A stretch of 64,000 nucleotides of DNA from Octopus sinensis (GCF_006345805.1 NC_043010.1:27466001-27530000), one strand, 5' to 3'. Positions 13,010-25,950 are shown, numbered from the stretch's first letter. Notes: generated by a model not told the origin, from the sequence alone. Program-made: numbers and translations.

Positions 13010-13057
<48 letters not shown>

Positions 13058-13489
13058 GCTTGTAATTTAGGCACAAGGTCAGCAGTTTTGAAAGGAGAAG
13101 ATTGGTCGATGTCATCGATGCCAGTACTTGACTGGTACTTTATGACACCGGTGAAATACCGTAAAGAGTTTGTTAGGGCTTCCAACTATTCTGGCAGCTG
13201 ATCCTTCTGATGATGGCGATGACACTTTCTAATTTTGACACAAAGCTACCACTTTTGAGGGGAAAAGGTCAGTCAATTAGATCGAATCCACTACTTGATT
13301 GGTATTTATTTTAACAATCCCGGCGGTGGTGGTGGTGGTGGTGGTGGTGGTCAGGGACGAAGGCCAAGTTGACCACGGCGTGATTTGTACTCTGAACGTA
13401 AAAAAACCGGAAGAAATGTTGCAAAGCATTTTGTATGGTGTGCAAACGATTCTGCCAGACTGTCATCTTGATGATGATGACGACGACAA

Positions 13490-14030
13490 TATTGATGATG
13501 AAGAGAACGAGGGAAGGAGGAGGGAAGTATGAAGAGGGAAAAGAAGAAGGATGATGAGGAAGAAAGGGCTAAGGAGGAGGAGGATGTAGGAATAGAAGAA
13601 GGAAGGAAAGGAGGAAAAAAGAGGAGGAAAGAGTAGGAGGAAGAAGAAGGAAGAGGAGAAAGGCGGACATGGAGGAGAAGGAGAAAAGAGGAAGAAGGAG
13701 GAGGAGAAAAGAGGAAGAGGAAGAAGGAGGAGGAGAAAAGAGGAAGAGGAAGAAGGAGGAGGAGAAAAGAGGAAGAGGAGGAGGAGGAGGGGGAAAAGGA
13801 GGAGGAGGAAGAAGAAGGAAGAGGAGAAAGGCGGACATGGAGGAGAAGGAGAAAAGAGGAAGAAGGAGGACGAGAAAGCGAATTGGGATGAGGAGGAGAA
13901 AAGGGGAAGAGGAAGAAGGAGATGGAGAAAAGAGGAAGAGGAAGAAGGAGGAGGAGAAAAGAGGAAGAGGAGGAAGGAGGAGGAAGAACAAGATAAAGAG
14001 GAGGGGGAGAGGAGGACGACGACAACGATG
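13490..14030. repeat. Purine-rich (GAG/GAA) low-complexity tract with internal repeated units
   Basis: Repeated AAAAGAGGAAGAGGAAGAAGGAGGAGGAG units and two copies of GAAGAGGAGAAAGGCGGACATGGAGGAGAAGGAG. Confidence 0.9.
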
Positions 14031-14577
14031 ACAACGACGACAACGAGGATCTGGTATCAAAATAGAACGCTTAAAAGACAGAACGAATACATAACCACAA
14101 ATAACGACCAGCAAAAACACAAATAACGACCAGAAAAGAAAAGGAATAAAAAAGAAAAAAACAAGAAATGAAAAATCGCTGGAAACTTAATTGACTGAAG
14201 TCAGACGTGTCGCACGAAGAAGAAAGTAAGAAAGTAAGAAAGCTAAAACACGTACAGGATATTGACCATCGGAGAAAGAACTGGAACAACAATAGAAAGT
14301 GAAGCGAAGAAGAGAAGGGAGAAGATGTCGACGCCAAAATAAGAACATCGATAAACAATACAATGTAGCTGCCAAGGTATTTTATTGGAACTGATAGGGG
14401 CAGTAATATCGGTTTCAAATTATGCCACAAGGCCAGCAATTTCAGGCGAAGGGGTAAGTTGATTACATCGACCCCTCAGTGCTCAGCTGGTACTTAATTT
14501 ATCGACCTCGGAAGGATGAAAGGCAAAGTCGACTTCGGCGGAATTTGAACTCAAATGTAAAAACAGACAAAATGCTA

Positions 14578-15011
14578 GAAATAATATATTTCTAAATCTC
14601 TCAGAGAGATTTATGCAGTAGTAGCACGATAAAGTGATAGTATGTTGTCAACTTAATGTGACAGTCCTATAAAAGGGAAGAATGCTACTGCTATTTAGCC
14701 CTAGGAAACACCATTTACTGTTGGACTTGACACATTTCCTGTGTCCTTACGTTTTCAAAGTGGAGACAAGCACCTCCACCCAGCAAAACCAGCCACCAGA
14801 GACTAGTTTCAGAATCGTTGCTCATCATCAGTCTGGAGTAGCATGACTTGCTAACTGTCGATGCCTATTCCCCTTTGAAAACATACATATTTCAAGTGAA
14901 CAGGAAATATGTCAAGTCCAACAGGAAACGGTGTTTCCTAGGGCTAAATAACAGTAGCATTCTTCCCTTTTATGGGACTGTCACATTAAGTTGACAACAT
15001 ACTATCATTTT
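14578..15011 (-). mobile_element. Foldback insertion with ~110-130 bp inverted arms and a hammerhead in the spacer; 13-bp TSD
   Basis: 14635-14742 is the near-perfect reverse complement of 14899-15007; target duplication AGACAAAATGCTA. Confidence 0.8.
14796..14836 (-). ncRNA. Minimal type I hammerhead ribozyme motif
   Basis: Minus strand CCAGA-CTGATGA-TGAG(CAACGA)TTCT-GAAAC-TAGT-C-TCTGG: perfect 5-bp stem I, GUC cleavage triplet, palindromic ACTAGT stem III; base pair at the foot of stem II is mismatched. Confidence 0.75.
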
Positions 15012-15313
15012 AGACAAAATGCTATTAAGCATTTTGTCCGGTGTGCTAACATTTCTGCCAGGTCGCCGCCTTAAAATAGGTAGTAATATCATGAGGTTAG
15101 ATGATACAGTGTATGCAGCAGGCTCTATAGATAAAAAGGAAATTGGAAGAAGGCCTCCCCGATGTTTTACAAGCTGTGTACTCCATGGACTGAAGCACGG
15201 TATACAAAAGCATGTGTTTGGCTTTAAGCTCGAAAATCGAACGACGAGTAGAGATGATGTACCACACGCTTGCACATTAACTGATGCTACAGTGTATGGA
15301 TCTTAGGATTAGC

Positions 15314-15522
15314 ATGATTATATCTTCTCATAATGATCATAACTTCTCACAATGATTATATCTTCTCATAATGATCATATCTTCTCACAATGATTATATC
15401 TTCTCATAATGATCATATCTTCTCACAATGATTATATCTTCTCATAATGATCATAACTTCTCATAATGATCATATCTTCTCATAATGATCATATCTTCTC
15501 ATAATGATCATATCTTCTCACA
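15314..15522. repeat. 19-bp minisatellite, 11 units (ATGATYATATCTTCTCAYA)
   Basis: Counted directly: 209 bp = 11 x 19. Confidence 0.95.
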
Positions 15523-15524
15523 AA

Positions 15525-17870
15525 AAGTGAGTCTACGACTTTGAAACAGATGATACAGGAAAGGATCGAATGTAGAAAATATTTCTCGGTATTTAATGAA
15601 ATCAATAAAGAAGCGTTCTCAGTCAAAGAAAGAATCAGGGACTAAAGAAATGAAACAACAAAAAGACAAACGTACCCAAAATCAAAACTAGAAGTTTTTT
15701 TCTAAATAGCAAAGAATATGTCGGAATAAAAAGCGACAAAAATTCTTTGAACAAAACAAAAAATTCGACTCCAGCCCGAAACGATTTTATCAAGAATTTG
15801 ATTAAAATTAAATAGAAATCAATTTAGCGCCAATTACATGAGAAGTAGAAGAATTTTTGGAGTAGACTAAGGACAGTTAAAGACTCATCACCGTAGAAGA
15901 GATGATTCACAACATCAAAGCCAGCTTGTGAGCAATCTTGGGAAGCTATCTCAACACAAGAAGTAGCTCAGATGTTACAAACAGACAACTCACTTGAAGG
16001 ACCCAGGACCTCAAACTTCTGCTTCAAAAACGTTTAACAGAAGTATATGAAATGCACGTTCACAAGACACAGTTTCCAACCAAAAGAAAATATCCAACAT
16101 AGCACAGGTTGGCAAACGCCTGAACCGAGAACATACAATGTACGGTAACTGAAAATAATATTCCGTAAAACATTAGCTACGTGAACACACTATTATCACC
16201 TGTCTAACTTCATCAACTTCATTAGCTAATAAGCATTGAAAGAACAATGTATTAAAGGACCCTTACTAAAAGGAATACCATGTTAATCACTAAAACTAGG
16301 AAAAGGTAAATCTTAACAACAACAGACTAACAACTTGCCTTCGTACAAGTAAAAAGTCCTTAACCAAAATTATATCGTAAAGGATAAATGAAGATGCGGG
16401 AGGGAACAAAACAACTTGTTTATAGCAAAAAAGATGTTGCACAGGTACCGAAATGATCAATTTCTGCTCAAACAAATCTATAACTGAATAATATAGGAGA
16501 TCGAAAGGTCTGAATATGGTAAAGAATTACAGCTAGAAGTATTTTTACAGGGTTCCTTACATATGGATCTTGGAAATATTAGACGTTACTAAGTTATCAC
16601 CAATAAAACAACAAATGCATAAAACCCGCCATGAGTCGATAGCAGAAAATTCGGCAGATGCAAACAAAAGCGGGTAATTATTAGAACTAACCCTACTTAT
16701 ATTAAACGAAAAATATTCTAAACGGACTCGATATTACCAATCCCGTCAAATGCTAACACCGCTAACTTGCATGTAAAATCTCCGTAGACTCGGATAAAGA
16801 GACTATGGAAGGACGATCAAAGTTCTTTTGCATATAGAAGACCTCTAGATATATGCTCCATGTAACAAATAACTAGAAGCACCGCAACAGATTGTATATA
16901 GAGTTATTAGAAGACATATAAGATTTGGAGTGTATTAGAAAAATTCACCATACAACATGCTCAGACTTGGGGAAGAACGCTCGCGCAGGTACTCTGAATA
17001 TATGACTATCTTACGTGACCCTAGAAAGTTGGACTGACTTGCCTAAACAGATACATAGAAGAGAAGTACTCACCGTACCAACAGAAAGCAATGCTTGGGT
17101 ACATATCCCGCCTACTAGAGGATAACAATAGCACTGGCAAGAAGAGTAACCTTTCTTGGACCTGTGATAGTTACATCTCATCAAATGGGGTATCTCTTCG
17201 CTATCCAGGAACAGGACACACCTACTAAATACCTGATAAACAAGAAAGACAAAGCTGACATCAAGCCTCCACATTGTGACAGAAAATATCGGTTATGCTT
17301 TCCCAGTGTGGAAAATATCAGCCACATCAGTAGCAGCTGCCCAAAGATGTCTGTAAAATACTACCTTCACTTCAGACATGGTTTAGTTGCAAAAGCTGTT
17401 TACAACGGTATGCGGGAGAAGATTTAACCAAAGACATATCCGAAGCAGAGTACATTTACCCCTTTAAAAGCAAGGAATACTGGTGAAATATTCCAAAAAA
17501 GAAAAAAAGGAAGAAAAAACAGCGGTCCAGTGTAGATACAACAAGCCTGACAGGGGAGAAAATTATGCATCCTTGTAGAAGTCAACTGCCCAGCAGATGT
17601 GAACAAATCGTCAAATGTTCGGGAAAAAAGAGAGCATTTATAGTGTCCCAACGTGACACTAAAAGCCCTTACACACTGGCTCTCCATTTTCATTAGTACT
17701 TATGATCATAAGCACATTAGGCTATGTAACAACCAGTTTGAACAAAAAAAACATAGAACTGCTATGATTTTCTAACACAGGGCACAGGAAACGGACGCAC
17801 ATCTCCCAAATCCAATCTATTAGCGGCACTATAAAAATTTGTAAGGTTTTAAATGAATATATGCACACAC
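15525..17870 (+). mobile_element. Old, heavily mutated R4-like RLE LINE of a second family
   Basis: NKKFDSSPKRFYQEF...EVEEF resembles NKQFNSNPQKFYQEL...EEVEEFW of the young family. ORF 17164-17427 YLFAIQEQ...RLCFPSVENISHISSSCP (decayed CCHC). CILVEVNCPADVN is RLE-like. 3' UTR-like sequence extends to ~18150. Confidence 0.75.
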
Positions 17871-18169
17871 TTGCTTCCGTGAGACTATTAAGTCATTGCA
17901 AACACTCTCACACACACAAAGACACAAAAATACACAAACTCAAAGATTCACACGCACAAAACCTAAATACTAAAGAGATATGTTCACACAGAACATAAAT
18001 GCGGGTACATGAAACTGCATATATGCACAAACTATTTCGACCACATATTTACAAAACTCGGTAACTGTCTTCACTCAGAAAGTTTTGTCGCTTTGTTAGT
18101 TACCGGCTTGAACTCCATTAAGAAGAACATAAATCAGTTTCAAAGAAAATATACAGACATATACATGTA

Positions 18170-18252
<83 letters not shown>

Positions 18253-18258
18253 ATAGAT

Positions 18259-18295
<37 letters not shown>

Positions 18296-18296
18296 G

Positions 18297-18328
<32 letters not shown>

Positions 18329-18477
18329 TATATAATATATACATATATTATGTATATATACATATATATGTGTGTGTGTGTGCATGTATATGTATATATG
18401 TGTATACATATATATATGCATAACTATGCATATGTATGTATGTACATGCATATACATATATATGATATATATGTGTG

Positions 18478-18508
<31 letters not shown>

Positions 18509-18534
18509 CATACATACATACATATACTTATATT

Positions 18535-18569
<35 letters not shown>

Positions 18570-18982
18570 ACACACACACGCATATGCTTCATAGACATAC
18601 GTGTATACAAACATACATGCATATTTAAGCAGTTTGTAAAAATATGCTTATAAAATATTCCTCAATTACATGTTACACACACACACACACACAAACAAAC
18701 AAGACACGATTACGTAGATACACACACAATAACCAGCCACTGTGAAAGGTGGTGGCGGAGGCGGCGGCGGTGGTGGTGGCGGTGGTGGTGGTGGTGGAGG
18801 GTAGGATCATGACAATAGCAATGGAGAATCTCCTTCCTATTGAAAGTGAGAGCGTTATAAATTTTATAGCTTCTAATCCTCAGATGACGTTTGTAACTAC
18901 ATCAACGTTTCTGATTGATCACGTTTGTACAAACACACACACACACACACGCACACGCACACGCGCGCATACATACACATTG

Positions 18983-19015
<33 letters not shown>

Positions 19016-19260
19016 ACACACACACGATTCTATTCAATCACACACATACACGCATGCATACTCTAGCATTGATACACATCGTCTCTTTTTCCTTGTTCGC
19101 TCCTTCACACTTTTTCTCTGTCTCTGATTCCACTACCACCACCACCACCGCCACCGCATCCATCTGTGTATTCATGTCAGTGTGTGCGCGTGCGCGTTTG
19201 TGTGTGTGTGTGTGTGAGTATACACAAACATATGTTGACATGTGTGTACATACATACATG

Positions 19261-19292
<32 letters not shown>

Positions 19293-19940
19293 CTATATAT
19301 ATATGTGTGTGTGTGTGTGTATGATTGTACATATATGTGTGCGTATGCATGCTTTTATATATGCATATATATATGCGTCTGTATGTCAATATATGTGTAT
19401 GTCTTTCATTATGTGAGTGAGACATTTCTCATATTTAAATCCTTAATATGCTTACGCATATTCAGACGCGAACACACAGACACAATCACACAGAACTTTC
19501 AAACGAGCGTCATCGTGGCCCAGGGGCGCACGCATGCCTGCATCATTAAAATGATCGTTTTGCAATCACGCTGTCCCCAGTTCGATCTCACTGCTCGGTT
19601 TTTTATTTGCAGAAGTGTCCCCCCGTATCGATACATGCCTTTAGCGCAAAACTAGTCGGATCGATTATCGATGAAAGCTTGTGGAATAAATTCTACTTTT
19701 TCTTGGGTAATAGATTTTGTCTGTACTAACACAACCTCATGACATTTGAGTAAATTTATAGGGGTCCCCTCTTTTTACAGCATTCGGATGAAATCTCTTT
19801 CCTAGGATACCTTAATATCTTGGTACAAAAACACTCGGTTTGTTTCTTTGGGGTCTTTTTTCCGAGGTGTTCCCATTCTGTAGCTGCCTTGTAGTACGTG
19901 TGCATGACTACATCAATCTATCTTCATATACGAATACCTA

Positions 19941-20024
<84 letters not shown>

Positions 20025-20180
20025 GATCTATCTATCTATCTATCTATAGATAGATAGATAGATAGATAGATAGATGATAATAGATAGATAGATAGATCGA
20101 TAGTCAGACAGACAACAGACGACAGACAGACAGACAGACAGACAGATAGATAGATAGATAGATAGATATATAGATAGATA
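19941..20180. repeat. (TATC)n switching to (GATA)n/(GACA)n microsatellite; right part is the tail of the Tx1 copy
   Basis: Directly visible; polarity switch at ~20045. Confidence 0.95.
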
Positions 20181-20940
20181 ACTTTCTTTTATTAGCCACA
20201 CAGGGCTGAATACAGAGGGGACAAATACAAATGCAGATCTTTTCATTTTCGAGGGTGGAAAAAAAATAAAAAATGTAAGATTGCGATCAAAAGGGATCGA
20301 GAGGAGGAAAAAAGGAAAAAAAAAATCGTGTATCACAGAAATAATGATGTAAACATTGATATAACAAGATGGGTTCATCCGTGGGAAGAAAAGCCTACAG
20401 AAAAGACCACGGGAACCCCAGTCAGGAGGAAATAACCACATGAGATCGAAATGCTCTCTTTCTTCTTTTCACGATCTACAGGATCATGCTCAAAATGGTT
20501 TCGTTACTAGCACGCACCATCTTTGCAACATTCACCATCTTTTTTTAATCTTTCGCGAGACAAAACTTCCCTCTCCATTCTCACCTCCTTTTCAAGTGGT
20601 ACTTGAAAAAGTTGATGAGCGATTGGCCAGAGAGGTAAGTGTTTGTCTCTAATCCTTTCGCTAGTCCACCACACACATTCTTTCACCATGGCCACCAGTA
20701 ACGAGATGAAAACTGCCTTGCCTTCCGGTTGAGGAAGGGGGCGGAGCAATTCTCACGATAGACTCGGCCGATAGGCGGATTCGTCCCACACGTGACAGCA
20801 GCGTTCGGCATAAGCCCACAGGTCGGAAATGGTTTGGACATTGCACGAGTGCGTGCAGAACGGTTTCGTCGTTCTGACCGCATCTCGGGCAAGTCGGTCC
20901 AGTGTGTCTGGAACCGTGTCTGTAGAGCTTATCCCGAACA
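20181..20940 (-). mobile_element. 5'-truncated Tx1/L1-clade LINE, copy 1 (3' end of ORF2 + 3' UTR)
   Basis: Collinear and highly similar to 56738-57510; encodes RDKLYRHGSRHTGPTCPRCGQNDETVLHALVQC. Confidence 0.9.
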
Positions 20941-21124
20941 TTGATAGACATTTAAATAGTAGATAACCAGACAAACATTGATAAAACAGTAGGTAGGTAG
21001 GTAGGTAGTTAGAGCGAGAGAGAAGAGAGAGGGATATATATATATATATATATATATCTATATAGATATATATTTATATATATATATATATAATATATAT
21101 AGATAGATAGATATATAGATAGAG

Positions 21125-21156
<32 letters not shown>

Positions 21157-21894
21157 AGATAGATAGATAGAAATAGATAGATAGATAGATAGATAGATAG
21201 AAGATAGATAAGATAGAGAGATATGATAGATAGATAGATAAAGCTCTTTCTCTAACATTTGAAATATTTAAGAAAGTGTTAAGACATTGAATCGCAGATG
21301 TTCCCTTCCAATCCCATAAAGAGTTGTACCCTCACTCTGATGGCCTCATCGTAGGCTTTAATCCAAACCCTATTTATACTAACTTTCATATGTCAAATTT
21401 TAAAACTAATGAGTTACCCGTTATCGCAGAGAAATGTCAAGTGCGTAGACATGTCGGAGATATATATTCTAAGTTAAAAACTCGAAGATATTCTGAAATT
21501 AAAATTGATTATGGGGAGAAAGAAACTGCAGTTTTATTTGTCAATGTAAATAGATCAACACTATTCATAATCATAAAATATTCCAAATAACTCAGATAAA
21601 AATAAAATTATGAAAGTTGTGACCCCAATAATGTCCCTTCAGGCCCCGTGTATTTACTCAGAGCCGACACTTAGCTCTCTTTGTATGTCGTGGACGTGGT
21701 GATAGCTAAACATATGGCTGATGCACTAGACTTTCGTTTCTATATTATAGCATTTCAAGATGACTTAGTCCCTCTTTCATACATACGTACGGACATACAT
21801 CCATACATCCGTCCGTCCATCCATCCATCCATCCATCCATCCATACATACATACATACATACATACATACATACAAACGGGGTGCGTGTGTGAG

Positions 21895-21932
<38 letters not shown>

Positions 21933-22339
21933 ATATGTATATATATATATTATATTGTGTTGGGGGGTCATTACGCCAATAATAATATACGCATTGATTC
22001 AATATCACTTCTTTATTGTTAGTTGGTTAAAATGTACCAAACTATCTAATCAATCGTTTGTTTAATGTGCTGAGTAAAAAATCAATCGCAACCTCATCAA
22101 TGACAAGGTTGATCTTTGCAGCAAGACAATAACCCTCAATGACGACTACATTATCTGAATTATCATAGAGTTTTAATTATGTTAGGGGATTCTTGAACAT
22201 AGGAAGCAAACTGAATAGATTCTCATTAATAATAGACATTGTAACATTTTGATTTACAGACATCTATTGAAACTCATATGAAATATCTAATAACCATTCT
22301 TTCCACTATTGATATAAGGTTTGAATTTTGCGTGCAAGT

Positions 22340-23020
22340 CGCTAATCGATGTAATCGATTCAAGTGCTAAACTAGAACTTATTTTCACGACCTCGAAAGG
22401 ATGAAACACAATGTTGACCTCGGCGGAATTTGAACTCAGAACTCAGACGAAATGCCCTTAAACATTTCCCCCGGCGTGCTAACGACTCTGCTAGCTTGCC
22501 GCCCTTTTGCAATAAATAAATATTGAAAGAGAAACCTTATTGAAGAGAAAATTTGAACTCAGACCATAAAAAAACCGTTAAGCGTTTTGTCCGGCGTTCT
22601 AACGATTCTGCCAGCTCACCAGCTTAATGATAAAAATAATAGTTTCAAATTTCGGCACTAGGCTGGCAATTTGATGGGGGAGGGTGTTAGCTGATCATGT
22701 CGACCCCAGTACTTGACTGGTTCTATATCTTATCAACCCCGAAAGGATGAAAAGCAAAGTTGATTTCGGCGGTATTTGAACTCAGAATGTAAAACTGGGA
22801 GGAATGTCACTAAACATTTTGTCCGATGTGTTAACGATTCTAACATCTTTCCACCATAGTAGTTAACAATTTATTTTTGGCACAAGGCCAGCAATTTTAG
22901 AGACTGGGAGTTAGCTGATTATATTGACTGATACTTTATTTTACCGATCCTAAAAGGATGGAAGGCAAAGTTGACTCAGCAAAGAATTGAACTCAGATCG
23001 TAAAGAGTCGGACAAATTGC
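22340..23020 (-). mobile_element. Cluster of about four decayed SINE family A copies, all minus strand
   Basis: Repeated GAAAGGATG..GGCAAAGTTGA..TCGGCGG..ATTTGAACTCAG blocks. Confidence 0.7.
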
Positions 23021-23276
23021 AAGACTAAGTTGTTATGTCGTTATTAACCACTAAGTCTTGCAGAGAGACAATAAAATACAATGAGCAGTAACGAAAGATC
23101 TCCCAAATTCGTTTCGAATGGGACAAGTTAAAATAAAAGGAAGAGCTGAACAAAAAAAAGGTAAGCATTCCAGAAGAGAGATAAGTCAAAATAAACGTTC
23201 TGGAAGGGAGATAACTCAAAAATGTATAAACGTACAAATGCATACAGTGAATAAATAAGAGAGCTTGATAAAATAT

Positions 23277-23560
23277 CTTCTTCTTAATCCTTTTTGCCCC
23301 TTGTGGAGCCTAGGGCCGGGTTCCCGGTTTCCTTGGCGTATAGGTTCCCCACCTGGACGTGACGCCAGTCCGTTGTAGGTGAGCTGCAAGATGCAGGAGG
23401 AAAGAGTGAGCGAAAGTTGTAGCGAAAGAGTCAGCAGAAGTTCGCCATTACCTTCTACCGGAGCCACGCATAAACACACACATCACCCGGTCTGAGATTC
23501 GAACCCGCGATCCCCCGACCGCGAATCCGCTACTCTAACCACTAGGCCATGTGCCTTCAC
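23277..23560 (-). mobile_element. tRNA-derived SINE, family C variant 2, with RTE-type tail
   Basis: Head GTGAAGGCACATGGCCTAGTGGTTAGAG...GGGTTCGAATC; tail matches the RTE fragment end at 46365-46402. Confidence 0.8.
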
Positions 23561-23562
23561 TT

Positions 23563-23998
23563 GTAAAGACAGACGAAATACCTATTTCTCTAATACCCAC
23601 AAGGGGCTAAACACAGAGAGGACAAACAAGGACAGACAAACGGATTAAGTCGATTATATCGACCCCAGTGCGTAACTGGTACTTATTTAATCGACCCCGA
23701 AAGGATGAAAGGTAAAATCGACCTCGGCGGAATTCGAACTCAGAACGTAACAGCAGACGAAATACCTATTTCTCTACTACCCACAAGGGACTAAACACAG
23801 AGGGGACAAACAAGGACAGACAAAGGGATTAAGTCGATTATATCAACCCCAGCGCGTAACTGGTACTTAGTTTATCGACCTCGAAAGGATGAAAGGCAAA
23901 GTCGACCTTGGCGGAATTTGAACTCAGAATGTAGCGGCAGACAAAATACGGCTAATCATTTTGCCCGGCGTGCTAATGTTTCTGTCAGCTCGCCGCCT
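23563..23998 (-). mobile_element. SINE family A with tandem 184-bp reiterations
   Basis: GAC(G/A)AAATAC recurs at 23572, 23756 and 23940; one head followed by reiterated body units. Confidence 0.85.
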
Positions 23999-24744
23999 TG
24001 AGAAAGGCAAAGTCGATCCCAGCGGAATTTGAATTCAGAACGTTTGATAAAATATATTGTACTTAAAACAAGGTGCATAAAATCTAAAACTGTTTTTGCG
24101 TTGATCAGAGCATTCCACAGCCATGAAGACTTATACTCACTACGATACTTTTCAAATTCTGCAAGGTATTCTTTCAGCTGATGATTCCAGAATCCTTAGC
24201 CATTCGATAAGTGTGAGTGAAGAAAATCCATGTCAATGAGAGTGCGGCAGAAAAACCTCCCATATTTTACACAGTTATTGGTGTGACGCTAGAGAAGTTA
24301 GGCAGAGAATAATGATGTTTTCATGTAGCTAGTGTTTTGCCAATTTATTTCTTGCCAAGGTAACTGGTTAAATTGCTGTACACTGTGTCTTTGATATTGA
24401 AACGTTTATAAAGAATGATTCAACTAGTAGGGTTTCTGTCGCACTCTGTAAGTACTGATAACATGCAAAATTCTATAAAGTCCCGGAAACTTCCGCTAAT
24501 ATTGTCCTTTGTTTTTTTCTGCCTATTTTTGGGGCGGTGCTGGTGGAGGGGGGGATCTTTGTAATTTTATCCCATCTCCTGCTCGTTCAACGTTTCACCT
24601 ACATCAAGGGTCATCGACCTTGTTTTGCCTATGAAGGCTTCAGGTTCCCATTTTACACGGGTGGACACCCACCACTGGCCATGATTTTATGAGTAAATAT
24701 TATCAGGAATTTTATAAAAATCATTGTTGAAACATTTTGTATGG

Positions 24745-25040
24745 TTCCAGGTTCAATCCCACTGTGTGGCACCTTCTACTATAGCCTCGAGCCGACCAGT
24801 ACCTTGTGAATGGATTTGGTAGACAGAAACTGAAAGAAGCCCGTTGTATATATGCCTATATGTGTGTGTGTATATATGAGTGTTCGCGCGTGTATGTGTG
24901 TTTTTCTTTGTGTCTGTGTTTGTCCAACCCAACCCACCGCTTGACAACAGGTGCTGGTATGTAACATAGCAGTTCGGCAGAAGAGACCGATAGAATAAGT
25001 ACTAGGTCAATTCATTCGATTAAAAATTCTTCGAGGTCGT
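24745..25040 (+). mobile_element. SINE family B (head truncated)
   Basis: GGTTCAATCCCACTGTGTGGCACC...GATTTGGTAGACAGAAACTGAAAGAAGCCCG-(TA/TG)n-GCTTGACAAC...GACCGATAGAATAAGTACT. Confidence 0.8.
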
Positions 25041-25116
25041 CTTTCGAGTTTGTCCTCATCATCACGTGGATAGATTGGTACTACTACAAAGGGTCTAGTG
25101 TATATTTATATATATG

Positions 25117-25154
<38 letters not shown>

Positions 25155-25159
25155 GTGTG

Positions 25160-25525
25160 TGAGGTGCAATGACCCAGTGGTTAGGGCAGCGGACTCGCGG
25201 TCGTAGGATCGCAATTTCGATTCAAAGACCGGGTGTTGTGAGTGTTTATTGAGCGAAAACACCTAAAGTTCCACGAGGCTCCGGCAGGGGGTGGTGGTGA
25301 ACCCTGCTGTACTCTTCACCACAATTTTCTCACTTTTTCTTCCTGTTTCTGTTGTACCTGTATTTCAAAGGGCCACCCTTGTCACACTCTGTCTCACGCT
25401 GATTCTCCCTGAGAACTACGTTAAGGGTACACATGTCTGCGGAGTGCTCAGCCACTTGCACGTTAATTTCACGAGAAGGCTGTTCCGTTGATCGGATCAA
25501 CTGGAACTCTCGTCGTCGTAACCGA
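25160..25525 (+). mobile_element. tRNA-derived SINE, family C variant 3
   Basis: Head GTGAGGTGCAATGACCCAGTGGTTAGGGCAGCGGACTCGCGGTCG...TTTCGATT; a second head copy at 29525-29665; body differs from variants 1 and 2. Confidence 0.7.
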
Positions 25526-25608
25526 AGAAGTGTTACGTGTGTGTGTGTGTTGTGTGTGTGTGTGTGTGTGTATGTACATAGACATATACTTGCATGCATG
25601 CATACATA

Positions 25609-25852
25609 CAGTAATCCCTCGATTATCGCGGGTGTTACATTTCATACCCACCCTCCGCGATAGGTGAAAATCCGCGAAGTAGAAGCAGTACTGTATATTG
25701 TTTTAATTACTTTTATGATTTGTATATATTTTATTATAAATGAAAAACAACACCACAGAGGAATCGATGTAAACTTAAATAATAAACCGCAATAGGTGAA
25801 CTGCAATAGGTGAACCGCGATAGATGAACCGCGATATGGAGAGGGATTACTG
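25609..25852. mobile_element. Tc1/mariner-superfamily (pogo/Tigger-like) MITE, 244 bp
   Basis: TIR CAGTAATCCCTC / GAGGGATTACTG, TA on both sides, internal CCGCRATAGRTGAA subrepeats. Confidence 0.85.
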
Positions 25853-25894
25853 TATTGTAGCATCTTATATTAAATATTTTCTGATCCGAGTAGT

Positions 25895-25949
<55 letters not shown>

Positions 25950-25950
25950 T

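Larger units (their letters stand above)
14425..15073 (-). mobile_element. SINE family A copy split by a 434-bp insertion
   Basis: Body/tail 14425-14577 and head 15012-15073 are contiguous in other copies; AGACAAAATGCTA is duplicated at 14565-14577 and 15012-15024. Confidence 0.8.

Noticed and set aside
13669-14031. Lys/Arg/Glu-rich ORF resembling a nuclear basic protein
   Set aside because: Purine-rich low-complexity tract; the opposite strand gives equally long Ser/Phe/Leu ORFs.
15314-15522. Tandem array as CRISPR
   Set aside because: No unique spacers, eukaryotic context, no cas genes.
19613-19710. Possible small exon after TTTTTTATTTGCAG (KCPPVSIHAFSAKLVGSIIDESLWNKFYFFL)
   Set aside because: Weak donor, no homology recognised, no partner exons.
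24060-24490. Possible mariner or other DNA transposon remnant
   Set aside because: No clear TIR pair or catalytic motif could be read.
24585-24619. Hammerhead-like trace on the minus strand (GATGA-CCCT..AGGT-GAAACGTT); similar traces at ~47120-47184, ~34640-34670 and ~51480-51540
   Set aside because: Two or more core positions lost and stem I unpaired; too decayed to call as features.
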